64,000 nucleotides of DNA from Octopus vulgaris (GCA_951406725.2 OX597820.1:69006001-69070000), one strand, 5' to 3'. Positions 1-13,926 are shown, counted from the first letter of the stretch. A program made the numbers and translations. The notes: generated from the letters alone by a model not told the origin.

Positions 1-376
1 TCTCTAAACTATAACTGCATAGAACTCTAAATGCATCCATCTTTATGTGAGTGTGCATGTGTGATGCTTATTGTTTAGAACTACGTAAATGCATTCTTGC
101 ATTGACCCCTTCCTCTCTCCCTATCACATCATGTCTCGCTTGTATTCTGACCCTGCTTTGAAAACTTGGATCTGCATTTATGTAACGCCACCTAGCATTT
201 CCACATCAAGATCGATAAAACAGTTAGCAAACTAATAAAATATAAAGTGAGTTGTATATCAAAACCCTTCAAGATAAAGCTGCAGGGTCACACCTCAGTT
301 ATTGGACGTTAACTGAAATAATGGTTTCAAATTTCGGCACAAAACCAGCAAATTCGTGGGACAACTAAGTCGATTG

Positions 377-808
377 TTATTTCAGTAGTAAAGTGCTGGT
401 TACTTTTATATTTTACCGTTTTGTTTTGCTTGCTATCCTCAATGGACTGCGGCCATCCTTGGGTGCTGCCTTAAAGGGACAGGTAAGTCGATTACGTCGA
501 CCCCAGTCTCCAGATAGGACTAGCTTTATTGATCTCGAAAGGATGAAAGGCAAGATCTACCGCGGCAGTATTTGAACTCAACACGTATAGACAACGAAAT
601 GCCGGTAAGAATTTTGCTCGGCATAGTAATGATTCTGCCAGCTCGCCGCCTTAATCAACTGAATTTACAAAATGAATGAAAGAATCTGAGTGTATATGAA
701 AGGCGTTGCTCACTACGGGGACATTTGAACCCAGAATTTATATTACCGGAATAAATTCTACCAAGCATTTTAGTGAGACGCTAACGATTCGGTCAGCACA
801 CAGCTAAT
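377..808 (+). repeat. Old local duplication, copy 1 (copy 2 at about 2985-3415)
   Basis: Colinear similarity through a SINE and its flanks, from TTATTTCA.TAG.AAAGTGCTGGTTACTT to CACAGCTAAT, with scattered substitutions. Confidence 0.85.
440..652 (-). mobile_element. SINE family B body carrying a family-A/LINE-type 3' tail (degenerate)
   Basis: Minus strand reads GGCGGCGAGCTGGCAGAATCA head, GAGTTCAAAT B-box, GCCTTTCATCCTTTCGAG core, then AAGGCAGCACCCAAGGATGGCCGCAGTCC tail. Confidence 0.75.
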
Positions 809-972
809 GTATGCCATCGATATCAAGGGCTGACTGCTACTTTATTTTATTCGATCCCAGAGAGATGAAAAGCAAAGTTGACTCCGGCAGATTTTGAACT
901 CAGAATGTAGAGAGCCAGGACAAATAGTGCAAAGCATTTTGTTCTACGCCTTAGCCATTCGTTCACCTTAAG

Positions 973-1284
973 CACTAAGCTAGCAATTTGGAGTGAAGAG
1001 ATTAGTCGATATCATTAAAAAAATGCGCCCTTTTAAAGCCTAGCCAGGATCATGGGCTCGGTTTCTCGGTTTCTATGGCGTACGTGCTCCCCAGCTGGAC
1101 GGGACGCCAGTCCATCGCAGCGTTACTCACTAAGCTAGCAATTTGGAGTGAAGAGATTAGTCGATATCATTAAAAAAATGCGCCCTTTTAAAGCCTAGCC
1201 AGGATCATGGGCTCGGTTTCTCGGTTTCTATGGCGTACGTGCTCCCCAGCTGGACGGGACGCCAGTCCATCGCAGCGTTACTCA
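973..1284 (+). repeat. Perfect 155-bp tandem duplication
   Basis: CACTAAGCTAGC...CAGCGTTACT starts at 973 and again at 1128. I see no mismatch. CA microhomology at the junction. Confidence 0.95.
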
Positions 1285-1422
1285 TTTTTGCCAGCTGAGT
1301 GGACTGGAGAAACGTGAAATGAAGTCTTTTGCTCAAGAACACAACGCGTCGCCCGGTCCAGGAATTGAAACAATCTTACGATCATGATGCTGACACCTTA
1401 ACCACTAAGCCACGCGCCTCCA
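1172..1422 (-). mobile_element. tRNA-derived SINE family C (CORE-like and V-like blocks), inserted into an older family-B copy
   Basis: Minus strand: GGAGGCGCGTGGCTTAGTGG (A box), GTTTCAATTCC (B box), TGTGTTCTTGAGCAAAAGACTT, GCGATGGACTGGCGTCCCGTCCAG, then poly-T end. Flanked by CGATATCAT/CGATACCAT. Confidence 0.85.
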
Positions 1423-2464
1423 CCGATACCATCAAACTGGTACATTATTTAATCGGCTCTGAAAGGTTAAGGGACATAGTTGACCATAGCGAGATTTGAA
1501 CCTCGGATGTAAATGACCGTAACTAAGTAGCACAAGGCGTGTTGTCCGATGCTTTAAAGAATCTGCCAGTCCACTACTTTTGCAAGCCTTAATAATCCTT
1601 TCTACTGTAAGTGCAAGGCCTGAAGTTTGGGTTGTTGGATGGGAATGGAGGTAGGGTTAGTTTCTTAATTGATATGACTGCCCCCATGGACAATAATGCT
1701 GCAATCAAATAACTCGTTAAATTATAGAAGAACAAAGACGTAGGTATGCCAATTTTCGGAAGATTAAAATGAAGTGAAAAAGAAAACATTACGATACCTG
1801 TTATCATAAGGCTTTCTCGGTATTAAAGAAAGGGACAGGAAAATTCACAGACGTGATAACCAGGAAAACCATGCTTAAAGAGAAATACAAAAAAAATCCA
1901 AATGGGCACTATATACGTTTTACGAAGAGCGATGTCACCTAAAATCTCAGTTTTAATGTATTTTATTGAGCACTCAGATATACAGACGCTCCGTTTCGCT
2001 TTATCCAGTCCTAACGCTTCTCGACATCATATAAGCTTCCACTACATAAAGAACATGATATTCGTTATCTACCTGGTGTCTAAGTAGTATTGGGGGGATG
2101 TGTAACTTCAGCAGATATAAGGGGAAAATTTTCATCCTAATAGATTCCAACATAGGCACAAGGCCAAAAGTTTACGTTGTCGGAGAATAGTTGACTATTT
2201 TCTGCCTCCATACATAACTGATTACATTGTTTTATCCCCCCGCCCCCGAATGTGTAGAAGTTGAAATTTGACCTCACCGGGTTGAAATAGGTGCCTAGAG
2301 CCAGAGTTTGGACACAGAGGTACGTTTGAATACGACAATCCTATATCTGATTAGCATTTGTTCCCTCAACCCTTGTTAAAATGAAATACAAGTTCTTAGT
2401 CTTCTGGGACTATAAATCAGAACGCATTGAGCGCAATTCCATTCCGCGAAGTCTAATTTACGAT

Positions 2465-2772
2465 ATTCTGTTGTGTCTGAGGACAGTCATTTTCTTTTTG
2501 TGTCTTATAATTTAATACACTCACCGGTAAAATTTCCACTTATTTCTTATTTTTATTTTCCTAAAATTTTCGTTTTGTCTTTTCAATATTTGTTGCAAGA
2601 CGCAACGAAAATTTTAGGAAAATAAAAATAAGAAATAAGTGGAAATTTTACCGGTGAGTGTGTTAAATTATAAAGCACAAAAAGAAAATGACTCTCCCCA
2701 GACACAATAGAATATGCTTCAATACACGAACCCACATAAAGAATCTTGCAAACCAAATCCCAAAACGAAATA
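2465..2772 (+). mobile_element. Asymmetric inverted-repeat element (about 120-bp arms plus an unpaired tail), Penelope-like terminus
   Basis: 2463-2585 is the near-perfect reverse complement of 2592-2715. Flanked by 11-bp direct repeat TAATTTACGAT (2454-2464, 2773-2783). Contains GTTGC-aagac-GCAAC-GAAA. Confidence 0.7.
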
Positions 2773-2984
2773 TAATTTACGATTCTTTAATAATTGTGCG
2801 TTAGTAATAGTGATGTTGTTTCCAGCATAAATACAAAAATTGAAACTTGAAGATTTTGTCCGGCCCTTTTGACAATATTAACAGATCCCAGAAAAACCAA
2901 GAAGAAATTTATGAAATCGTTTGTACCTCTGTCTCTCTCGGTCTTTTTACTGAGAAGACAAAATGTATTTCGACTTTAAGATTC

Positions 2985-3415
2985 TTATTTCAATAGCAAA
3001 GTGCTGGTTACTTGTATATTTCATTGTTTTCTTTTACTTGTTATCCTCAGTGAACTGCGGCCATCCTTGGGTGCTGCATTAAAAGGATAGTTAAGTCAAT
3101 TACGTCGGCCCCAGTCTTCAGCTGGTACTTGTTTTATCGATCACAAAAAGATGAAAGGCAAAATAGATCGTGGCGGAATTTGAACTCAGCACGTATAGAC
3201 AACGAAATGCCGGTAAGAATTTTGTTCGGCATGGTAACGATTCTGCCAGCTCGCCGCCTTAATCAAATGAAATAAGAAAATTAATGAAAGAATGTAAGTG
3301 TATATGAAAGGCGGTGCTCACTACGGGTCATTTGAACTCAGAATTCATATTATCAGAATAAATTCCACCAAGCATTTTAGTGAGGCGCTAACGATTCGGC
3401 TAGCTCACAGCTAAT
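2985..3415 (+). repeat. Old local duplication, copy 2
   Basis: Paralogous to 377-808. Confidence 0.85.
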
Positions 3416-3419
3416 CGAG

Positions 3420-3725
3420 CCCCAAGGACTTTTTATGCCTAGCTCTTATTCTATCGGTCTTTTTGGCCGAACCGCTAAATCACGGAGCCACAAACAAACC
3501 AACACCGGTTGCAAACGGTGTCGAAGAACAAACACGAAGACACACACAAAGACACACACGACGGACTTCCACGCAATTTCCGTCAACCAAATTCACTCAC
3601 AAGGCATTGGTCGGCCCATAAGTGTAGTAGAAGACACTTGCTCCAGATGCCCCTCAGTAGGACTGAACTCGAGACCACGTGGTTGCAAAACGAGTTTCTT
3701 AACCACACACCCATGTCTGTACCCA
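3420..3725 (-). mobile_element. SINE family A, degenerate
   Basis: Reverse complement of the 7093-7533 family (GCCGAACCGCTAA, TAGTAGAAGACACTTGC). Confidence 0.8.
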
Positions 3726-3796
3726 CGCTTAAAATATTTTAAAACAATCAATCTTTATTAGAAATGGGAATTTTTTTTATCCCTTTTGTAATACTC

Positions 3797-3899
3797 TGGG
3801 GTCGATAAATTAAGTACCAGTTGCATACTGGGGTCGATCTAATCGACTGACCCACTCCCCAAAAATTTCGGGCCCTTGTGCCTAAAGTAGAAAAGAATA
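3797..3899 (+). mobile_element. SINE family B, 3' half
   Basis: GGGGTCGATAAATTAAGTACCAG...AATTTCGGGCCCTTGTGCCTAAAGTAGAAAAGAAT. AATACTC flanks both sides. Confidence 0.8.
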
Positions 3900-4302
3900 C
3901 TCAGACAGAAGCTTTTCTATAAAAATCACTGAGTTAATCAATCGATAAAATCGAACCCAGAACTTATCACGCGTATTATGTATTTTCGACACAGGAAGGA
4001 TGAAATACAGAGACGTCATTAGGCGGATTTGAACTCAGAATGTAAAGGGACAGAACAAACACTGAAAGCCGTTTTGTTCCACTATGACGGCTGCTATTTC
4101 TAGCAGGCACGTCGAACAACCACAACAGGCATTTCCATTGCTATCCTGTATGTTCATGAAACCATCAGTAGCACCCACAGTTTTCTTCATACAATCACAC
4201 CCACCTCTTTCCTTTCTTTCTTTGTTTCTCCTCACACTCCTTTCTCACTCTCTCTCTCTCTCTCTCTCTCTCTCCTTCTCCGATTCTCTACTTGTATGTG
4301 TT

Positions 4303-4349
<47 letters not shown>

Positions 4350-4369
4350 ATTTGTGTGAGAGAATATAT

Positions 4370-4750
4370 CTTTTATCTTTTACTCGTTTCAGTCATTGGA
4401 CTGCAGCCATTGCTGGGTCCTAGAACTTAATGCTTTTAAAGCATGGTAGGTACTCATTCTATCATATCTTTGGCCGAACCGTTAAGTTACAGAACTTTAA
4501 ACAAACCGGCACCGACTCTCAAGCGGTGGTGGGGATAAAACCAGAAGACACATTTCATATATATACGCGCGCGCATGCACACACACACACACACACGAAG
4601 AACTTCTTTTAATTTCCGTCCACCAAATCCACTCAGAAGGCATCAGTGGGCCTAGGGCTATTGTACAAGACTCTTACTCAAGGAATCACAGAATAAGACC
4701 GAACCCAAAAGCATATGGTTACGAAGTAAGCTTCGTATCATACAACCATA
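4370..4750 (-). mobile_element. SINE family A, degenerate
   Basis: TTTCAGTCATTGGACTGCAGCCAT tail, GGCCGAACCGTTAAGTTAC, CACCAAATCCACTCA. Confidence 0.75.
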
Positions 4751-4783
4751 ACTTTCCGTTCCGTACATATCTAGTTCATATAC

Positions 4784-4847
<64 letters not shown>

Positions 4848-5036
4848 CACACTCAGAGGCACATATACACACATACATATATTCATGCTTATATGTATAT
4901 GTATATAATTCTATAAACACAACAAAACGTAACACTACATATAGAAGTAATGAGGTCGTTATTTTGTATCAGCAGGGACAGACACCAGAATGTACACGCA
5001 CACACTGACATACACACATACACACACACACACAAA

Positions 5037-5081
<45 letters not shown>

Positions 5082-5657
5082 ACACATATACATATAAGCA
5101 TGGTTATGTGTGCATAAAGGGGTACTTGTATATGTGTGTGTGTGTGGTGTTTGGTTGTGCCGTTTTCAAATGTAGATTCGAATAATACATGTACGCTTGC
5201 ATAGACAGTTGTATGCGAAAGTTATCGAAATGTAATTTATTCCGCAACATTTTTCGAATACGTCGAATCAACATATATAAAAAAAAATATTATAAAGCAA
5301 AAAAAATAATTAACAAATATCTTATTCGGTAACTTAATGAGAAAACTGGATTCACAAAATGCAAATGTCCGACATTGTACATGTATGTCTGTCTATATGT
5401 ATATATGTATGTATATATGTATGCATGCTTACACGTAAGTATGCATGTGTAAAAGTTTATATTCATGCATATATAAGTCTGCTTATATATATATGCACAC
5501 ACCTATACATACATATATATATACTCACATTCATGTATGCATACGTATTTATATATTCGTTTATATATATGTATGTGTGTGTGTGTGTATTTATTTACAT
5601 GTATATACATGCTTGTATGTATGCATATACATATATATACAAATTTAAATATATACA

Positions 5658-5714
<57 letters not shown>

Positions 5715-6551
5715 TTGCACCTACATACACACATTGACGCATACACATTAACGCATAAACACACAGCATATAGACACTGACATGCAAACCACTTGACACA
5801 TCTAATCAAATGATTCACCAATGTTTACTTAAATTGTCGAACACATCTTTTATTGTTTACATTATCAAAGTAACCAGCCACCTTTCTATCTCTCTTGCCA
5901 ACACACCTCTCTATGACTGTGTGCATATGTCTATGTGTGTGTGTGTCTGTGTGTGTCTGTGTGTGCTGCTATATATATAGACAGACACATATACAAACAT
6001 ATATATATATATATACACATTGATACGTGTTTACATTACATATCACTCCCAAGTCGATCTGTTTAAAGCTCTTTCTTATTCCTTGGTTGATGGAGCATGT
6101 CATGAGAGATATCGTAACTATTTGGCGCTTATGTTTCGTTTAGCATATGAACAACGAAAGCGTTCCATATATGACCATCCTGTTCTCCTCTTGTGTGGTT
6201 GTTTACGTATACGTAAATAAATACATTCTCGTATGTTGTTTTACTCACTTCCGCTTTGAACCCGATAGAGTGTGATTTGTGAGCGATTTTGTTGCTATTT
6301 CTAGCAATTGGTGAGAACATGTAGAGGGACTCTCGTAAGGCTACGTTGAGAAACTTCTATAAGTTTTGCTGATGGATTTTAGATATTCTAATTTCGTATG
6401 TTATGACTATATATTTTTAATAAGATTACATCTCTGAATGCTGTTTCAAACGAAAAACAACAATTTATATAGACACGCCAACACACACGCTTGTACATGT
6501 TTGCATGTATATATGTATGCGAGTATGTATGTAAGCAAGTATATACTGATG

Positions 6552-6639
<88 letters not shown>

Positions 6640-6802
6640 ATGCATCTATGTATGTGTGCATAAGGCAAAGACAGACGAAACTGGCAGAAAAATTTTCGTA
6701 AAGAGGAAACAAACGTTAGTCCTCTCAAAGAAACTGATGGGTCTGTTGGTGTTTGTATGTGTGTACACACACAAACACACACACACACACAAACACACAT
6801 AC

Positions 6803-6856
<54 letters not shown>

Positions 6857-7092
6857 GTTTGTTCCTCACCACCTCTTGACGATCAACTTTCGGTTTGTTT
6901 ATGTCTTCGTAACTTAACTGTACGGTAAAACAGACCGATCAGATAACAACCTGACTTAAAAAAATAGATAAGTAATGTTATCGATTTTCTCAACCAAACC
7001 CTTCAATGCGGTGCGCCAGCATGGTCGCAGATGACTGAAACAAATATAAGATCTAACACACATACATATAAACATACATACATACATACATA

Positions 7093-7254
7093 CAGGAGTG
7101 ACTGTGTGGTAAGAAGCTTGCTTACGAACCACATGGTTCCGGGTTCAGTCCCACTGTGTGGCAACTTGGGCAAGTGTCTTCTACTATAGCAACTGGCCGA
7201 CCAAAGCCTTGTGAGTGGATTTGATAGACGGAAACGGAAAGAAAGCCCGTCGTA

Positions 7255-7309
<55 letters not shown>

Positions 7310-7533
7310 GCATGTGTGTGTATATGTTTGTGTGTCTGTGTTTGTCCCCCCAACATCGCTTGACAACCGATGCTGGCGTGTTTACGTCCCCGTAGTTTAG
7401 CGGTTTGGCAAAAGAGACCGATAGAATAAGTACTAGGCTTTAAAAAGAATAAGTCCTGGGGTCGATCTGCTCGACTAAAGGCGGTGCTCTAGCATGGCCA
7501 CAGTCAATTGACTGAAACAAGTAAAAGAGTAAA
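7093..7533 (+). mobile_element. tRNA-derived SINE family A (CORE-like), near full length, with internal (TA)n/(TG)n tract
   Basis: GGAGTGACTGTGTGG A box, GGTTCAGTCCC B box, ACTTGGGCAAGTGTCTT CORE-like start, GGCGGTGCTCTAGCATGGCCACAGTCAATTGACTGAAAC tail. Sits in a (TACA)n array. A degenerate copy lies at about 6670-7050. Confidence 0.9.
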
Positions 7534-8313
7534 ATACATACATACATACATACATACATACATACATACATACATACATACATACATACACACGCTTACA
7601 CACTTACACAATTCGAATGCTCACAGAATTTACCTGGCTGGTGCTGGAAATAAACTTAAATATTTGTTTACAAATATTACCTGCAAATTCTTGCTACCAT
7701 GTGCTTCGATATGGTGGATGTTGTTATTTGCGTTACTCTCATTGCAGATGCTAGCCTTCTTTTTTTTTTTGCTTCTTATATATTTTTCATGTCCTGTTTT
7801 TTTTCTTTTCTTATCGGTCATTTTACATCATTCTAGACTCTTGGTATAAACCACAATATTTCTTCTTTAGCTCATCATAATGCAACCAAAACAGCAAACC
7901 GCATAAAAATATTTGATTTATTCGATTATTTTTTTTTTCTCTTAGCCGTCATTCAACTTCTCCTCTTCTCACATATCAATTATGCATTGATCAATTATCG
8001 ATCCTCAATTATCAATTAACAGTTCCCTCTTGCAGCAGGTACCGGAACAAGTTGTTGATGTACAAATATAGAAGACAACTTGAGAGAGTCTAAACATTTT
8101 CTATTTTCTTCTACTTTTCTTCCTCTTCGTCTTCTTTCTTTCTCACCCTTCACCTCTCTTTCGTCAACCCCCACCTCTCTCTCTCTCTCCGCTTACATTC
8201 CTCTCACTTTCTATTGTTATTTTCTTTGTTGTCATTATGCCTGGTGTTGATTTTCTTTCGGAGTTATTTCATTCATTGGAAACATACATACAACCATACA
8301 TACATACATTATA

Positions 8314-8349
<36 letters not shown>

Positions 8350-8442
8350 TGTATGTATGTATGTATGTATGTATATATAATATATATATGTATACATTTC
8401 ATGTATACCTGTATATTCGTTATAAGTGCGTGTTTATGTATT

Positions 8443-8533
<91 letters not shown>

Positions 8534-8653
8534 GTATATATATATATATCTATATATGCACACACATACAAACATATATGTGTATATATATATATATATA
8601 TACACACACATACAAGCATATATGTGTATGTATATATATACACTCACGCAAAC

Positions 8654-8700
<47 letters not shown>

Positions 8701-9080
8701 CACAGAAACATATATATGTGTATATACATGTGTGCATGCAAATGTATATGTATGTGTGTGTGTGTGTGTCTGTGTGTATATATACACATGTATACACACA
8801 CTCACATATATACCCCCACACCCCCACACACACATTTACGCACACCATCTCTACTATTATAACATGGGTGGTCTGTAGAAATAACGCCGTTTCTAACTTT
8901 TCCTTACTACCTACATGATATTTCCCCACCATCCCCGGCTATCTTCTTTCTTTTCTCCCTTACACGTATTTCTCCCTTCACGTATTTCTTCCCTTTTTCA
9001 TTGTTGTGTTAAATTGCTTTTCTTTTTGCATACTGTTCCCTTTTTGGACTATTTTGTCTATTTATTTTGATAAAAGACAG

Positions 9081-9142
<62 letters not shown>

Positions 9143-9496
9143 GTGTGTGTGTGTGATGTGTAGGAGCGTACTTGCATGCGTATATAAAGATATATATATA
9201 CGTGTTGTATGAGTGTACGTGTTTTGTATCTATGGATTTAACAATAATGTAAATTTATTTATTAGTAGTAAATAGTAAGTAACAACAAATATATTTTGCG
9301 TCAAATAATTTTAATTACTTTAATATTCTTCATCATTTTTAATCCATGCCACTTTTCTTTCTTTCTTTTTCCTTCTTTTTCCTTCTTTTTCTTCCTTTCT
9401 TTCTTTCTTTCCATCTCACCATGTTTTCATATCAGTCAGTGTTTTCGTTTTGTTATCCTTTCGGATAACAGTAATCGGTAATAAAGTAACTATAAA

Positions 9497-9729
9497 GGCG
9501 GCGAGCTGGCAGAAACGTTAGCACGCCGGGCAAAATGCGTAGCCGTATTTCGTCTGTCGTTACGTTCTGAGTTCAAATCCCGCCGAGGTCGACTTTGCCT
9601 TTCATCCTTTCGGGGTCGATAAATTAAGTACCAGTTATGCACTGGGGTCGATGTAATTGACTTAATACCTATGTCTGTCCTTGTTTGTCCCCTCTATGTT
9701 TAGCCCCTTGTGGGTAATAAAGAAATAGA
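9497..9729 (+). mobile_element. tRNA-derived SINE family B, full length
   Basis: GGCGGCGAGCTGGCAGAAACGTTAGC head, GAGTTCAAATCC B box, GCCTTTCATCCTTTCGGGGTCGATAAATTAAGTACCAG core. Flanks TAATAAAGTAACTA/TAATAAAGAAACTA. Confidence 0.9.
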
Positions 9730-10965
9730 TAATAAAGAAACTAACTCCAAGGAGTACTATACATACATACATACATACATACATACATACATACATACAT
9801 ACATACATACATACATACATGCATGCATGCATGCATGCATGCATGCATGTACACAACTGACATCCTCAATTCTCCAGCCAAAATTTTAGAGCAGCCTTGT
9901 GCCTATACGGGACACTACCATCAGTGGAATTTGAACTTTACGTTTCGAGTCAAAATCTCGCTTAATTTAACTTTGTCATTCATCCTTTCGAGGTCGGTAA
10001 ATTGAGTACCAGTTGTATAATGGGAGACGATGTAAGGGGCGATGTAATCGACTATCCCACTCTCCTAAAACTGCTGACCTTAGAACTTACTTAATGCTTC
10101 GGAACAGGTGAATCGGTGTGCGTAGGAACAATCATGTTGCGTTTTTTGCGGGTCCCTCCGCTCTGATTTCAAATCCAGCTGAAACCAAACGACTGTGCGT
10201 TAGTTTCGAGGCAGATAAAGTAAAATAACATTCCAGGGCGATAGATTAGTGAAATTGTTTGAACGCCGAACGAGTTGGCATGTTGTATTCGTTTCGACTC
10301 TGATACACGGAGATCAAATCTTGCTAAGATCAAACTCATTCTTTTTCTATTTTTCTTTATCTTTCCTCTATTCGTGACAGATAAAATTAATCACTGGGTC
10401 AAGGCAGTGGATTAGCACCGACTTTTAAGAATGTCTTCTAGTATTTGTTCATGATTTTTTAAAAAGAAATTTGTATGATATGCATATTCCACCGCTTGAT
10501 TTAAAACTATTATTTAGTTCTTTCAAGGAGTTCGATCTGTTGCAAGCTTTCGGGTTACGTCCTTGGATTAAGGATAACGTTTTAACATTCACCTAGCATT
10601 CTTAGAGGACCGGAAAATAAAAGCTGCCCTTCACTTTCTAGCTAAATAGTTCAAAAGGAAATGGTAGATATAACAACAAACAACGTTTACATTACTACAA
10701 AACATGTAGACTTGTATGGCGTACATGAAGAATTGAAATTCTGTCCCACCTGCATTCTAATTCATTGATATTTTACCTCTATTCCTTGTGTGGCCGGATA
10801 TGTGGTCTGTCAGCTAAAATTAAGAAATACGTAAAAAAAGAAAAAAAATGGGTTGGAGTTCTATTTTAATTCGCATTTTTTAAATTCAATTTTCCCTGTG
10901 TTGTCATGTTTCTGGAAAGTTTTTTATTATTATTACAGTCTCTTTTTGATCTCCATCTATTTTGG

Positions 10966-11007
<42 letters not shown>

Positions 11008-11297
11008 CACACACACAGACACACATATTTGTTTGGTTAGTAGCATGCTCGAAACTATGGGCTCTCGAGTCTTTTTTAACTTTCTACTAAGAAAAGAAAG
11101 TTAAGAATACTCATGTATTGAGTTTCATTTCTCTTGTTGGTTCTACCAAATGTGTGTGTGTGTGCGTGTGCGTGCGTGCGTGTGTGTGTGTGTGTTTGTG
11201 TGTGTGTTTGTGTGTATCCCACTGGCCTTTTAATCTGGAGATTCCAGGACGTGTCGCTGGTTCATTACATACATTCATACATACATACATACATACA

Positions 11298-11330
<33 letters not shown>

Positions 11331-11465
11331 TGGGAGAGTGTATGCATAGTGTTGAAGGGTGTGCCCCAGCATAGGCGTATGACCACAATTCCATAACTAA
11401 AACTAACAGTAACAGCTATGTTTCCACATTTTCAATGTTTTCTTTTTACAGTTTCTTCTTCACTG

Positions 11466-11521
<56 letters not shown>

Positions 11522-11610
11522 GTTTACTTCGGTTAAGAGTAAACATGATAACTTTTGTCCTATTGTTAAATAGGACAGACAGACACTAAAGATAGAGAGA
11601 CATATAACAG

Positions 11611-11662
<52 letters not shown>

Positions 11663-12656
11663 AAATAAATAAATAGGCAGAAACACAGACATAAATTTCA
11701 AAGTTTTAAATTTCTACAAAATACAAATTTCCTTTCAGAAAAAAATAAGGGAGAAAAATATTAAAATACAATTCAAAAGAAAAAAAAAAGTATAGAGCAA
11801 CTATATCTGTTGGTTGACAGATGTAAACAAATAAATAAATGAGTAAATGAACTGATAAAAATTGGTGGGTGGCTTATGAATAAGAAGTGAAAAGGTGTAA
11901 TAGAAGTTGATGCCATACCTGTAAAGTGGTTGTTGTAAGTATTGTTGCTTGCGCTTGGCTGCATGTTTGAGAACTTCTTTCAACAGATTATATAGTTTGA
12001 ACGGTTGTCGCTATAGTAATTATTATATACAACAGTGATCTATATACAGACAGCGTGGAGTTGAGAGAATAAGAGAGGAAGGAGAGAAGAAGAGGAAGAG
12101 AAAGAGAGAAAGAAAGTCTGAGTGACTGTAAAAAGAGAGAGGGTGAGTGTGGGTGAGTTTGTAATGTGTGTGTGTGTGTGTGTGATGGGGGGATCTGTGT
12201 GCCTGTGTGGTCTATACAAATACGATCTAACTAAAAGACTAAGAGACAGACACAACAAATACACAGAAAGACAGAGATAGAAAGAAAGAAAGAGAGACAG
12301 GTCGACAGGCGAAAGAGGGAGATAAAAAGAGAGATAGTGTGTGTGTGTATGTGTGTGTATGATTTTATGAGTAACTGTGTGTAAATGTTTGTGTGTTTAT
12401 GATTGTGTAGATAAAATAAGCATCGAAATAAAAGACCGCGAGGCTGGGGAGGAGAGACAGGAGGAATGGAGAGAGTGATAGATACAGAATCGGAGAGATA
12501 CAGAGAGTGTGAGAGAGGGATAAATATTATGAGATAGAGAGAGAGAGAGAGAGAGGGGGCGAGAGAGTATGTGTGTGTGAGAAGGAGAATGTGTGTGTTT
12601 GTATGTTGTCTATTTAATGTCTGTAGTCTTTTCTACAACTCTGGATAAAATAACCT

Positions 12657-12695
<39 letters not shown>

Positions 12696-13245
12696 TACAC
12701 ATGCACATACACAAGCACATCATATACAAATAAAAAAAGCACCAAACAAACACACATACACACACACAATCTCTTCTTTCTTGGCCACATCTACACACAT
12801 ATACACCTATTTCCCTATGTTTAGTGTACTCTCTCCTCTCACTCTTTCTCTCTCACGCACAGAGACAAACAAACACACATATATATATACATATACACAA
12901 TATCAACGTACGTACATTCAAACGCAGAGATATCGTCTGCTCCTAAGTCCTCTGCCTTATTTTGCCCCCTGCATGCTTGCGCGGCTTCGCACCAGAACAC
13001 TCGCGCACATTCATATACGTTTCTTTCTTTCATCCTCTCCAGCTTTCTCTCTCTTTCGCAGTCCATCTATTCCTACTCTTTCTCTACACACTCACAGGCA
13101 CTAAGTATTCTCTTTCACTCCCTTTCTCTCTTTCTCTCTCTCACTCTCACGCGCGCTCCCACAAACATCATTTTTCAGGCTGGTCTTGTTGATTTCTTAA
13201 CACACGCACACACAGCAACAAAGCTGTAAGTGTGAATAGAAAAAC

Positions 13246-13367
<122 letters not shown>

Positions 13368-13453
13368 ATATATATACTTATATATACATACGCACGCATA
13401 TGTATATATACACATGTATATGCAGGTGTATAAGCACGTATGTCCATATATAT

Positions 13454-13500
<47 letters not shown>

Positions 13501-13569
13501 TATATGCATATATATATATATGCATATATATATATACATATATAAACATATATATATATATACATATAC

Positions 13570-13602
<33 letters not shown>

Positions 13603-13619
13603 CATAATTATATTCATAC

Positions 13620-13652
<33 letters not shown>

Positions 13653-13824
13653 CATATACATATATATACATATATACATATATATATACATATATATACA
13701 TATATACATATATGTACATATGTACATATATACATATATGTACATTTATACATATATGTACATATATACATATATATATATACATATATATATACATATA
13801 TATATATATTCATATATACATACA

Positions 13825-13926
<102 letters not shown>

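Noticed and set aside
7093-7160. tRNA genes (also near 1422, 9497, 16174, 32221)
   Set aside because: A and B boxes run straight into SINE bodies, with no complete cloverleaf or terminator.
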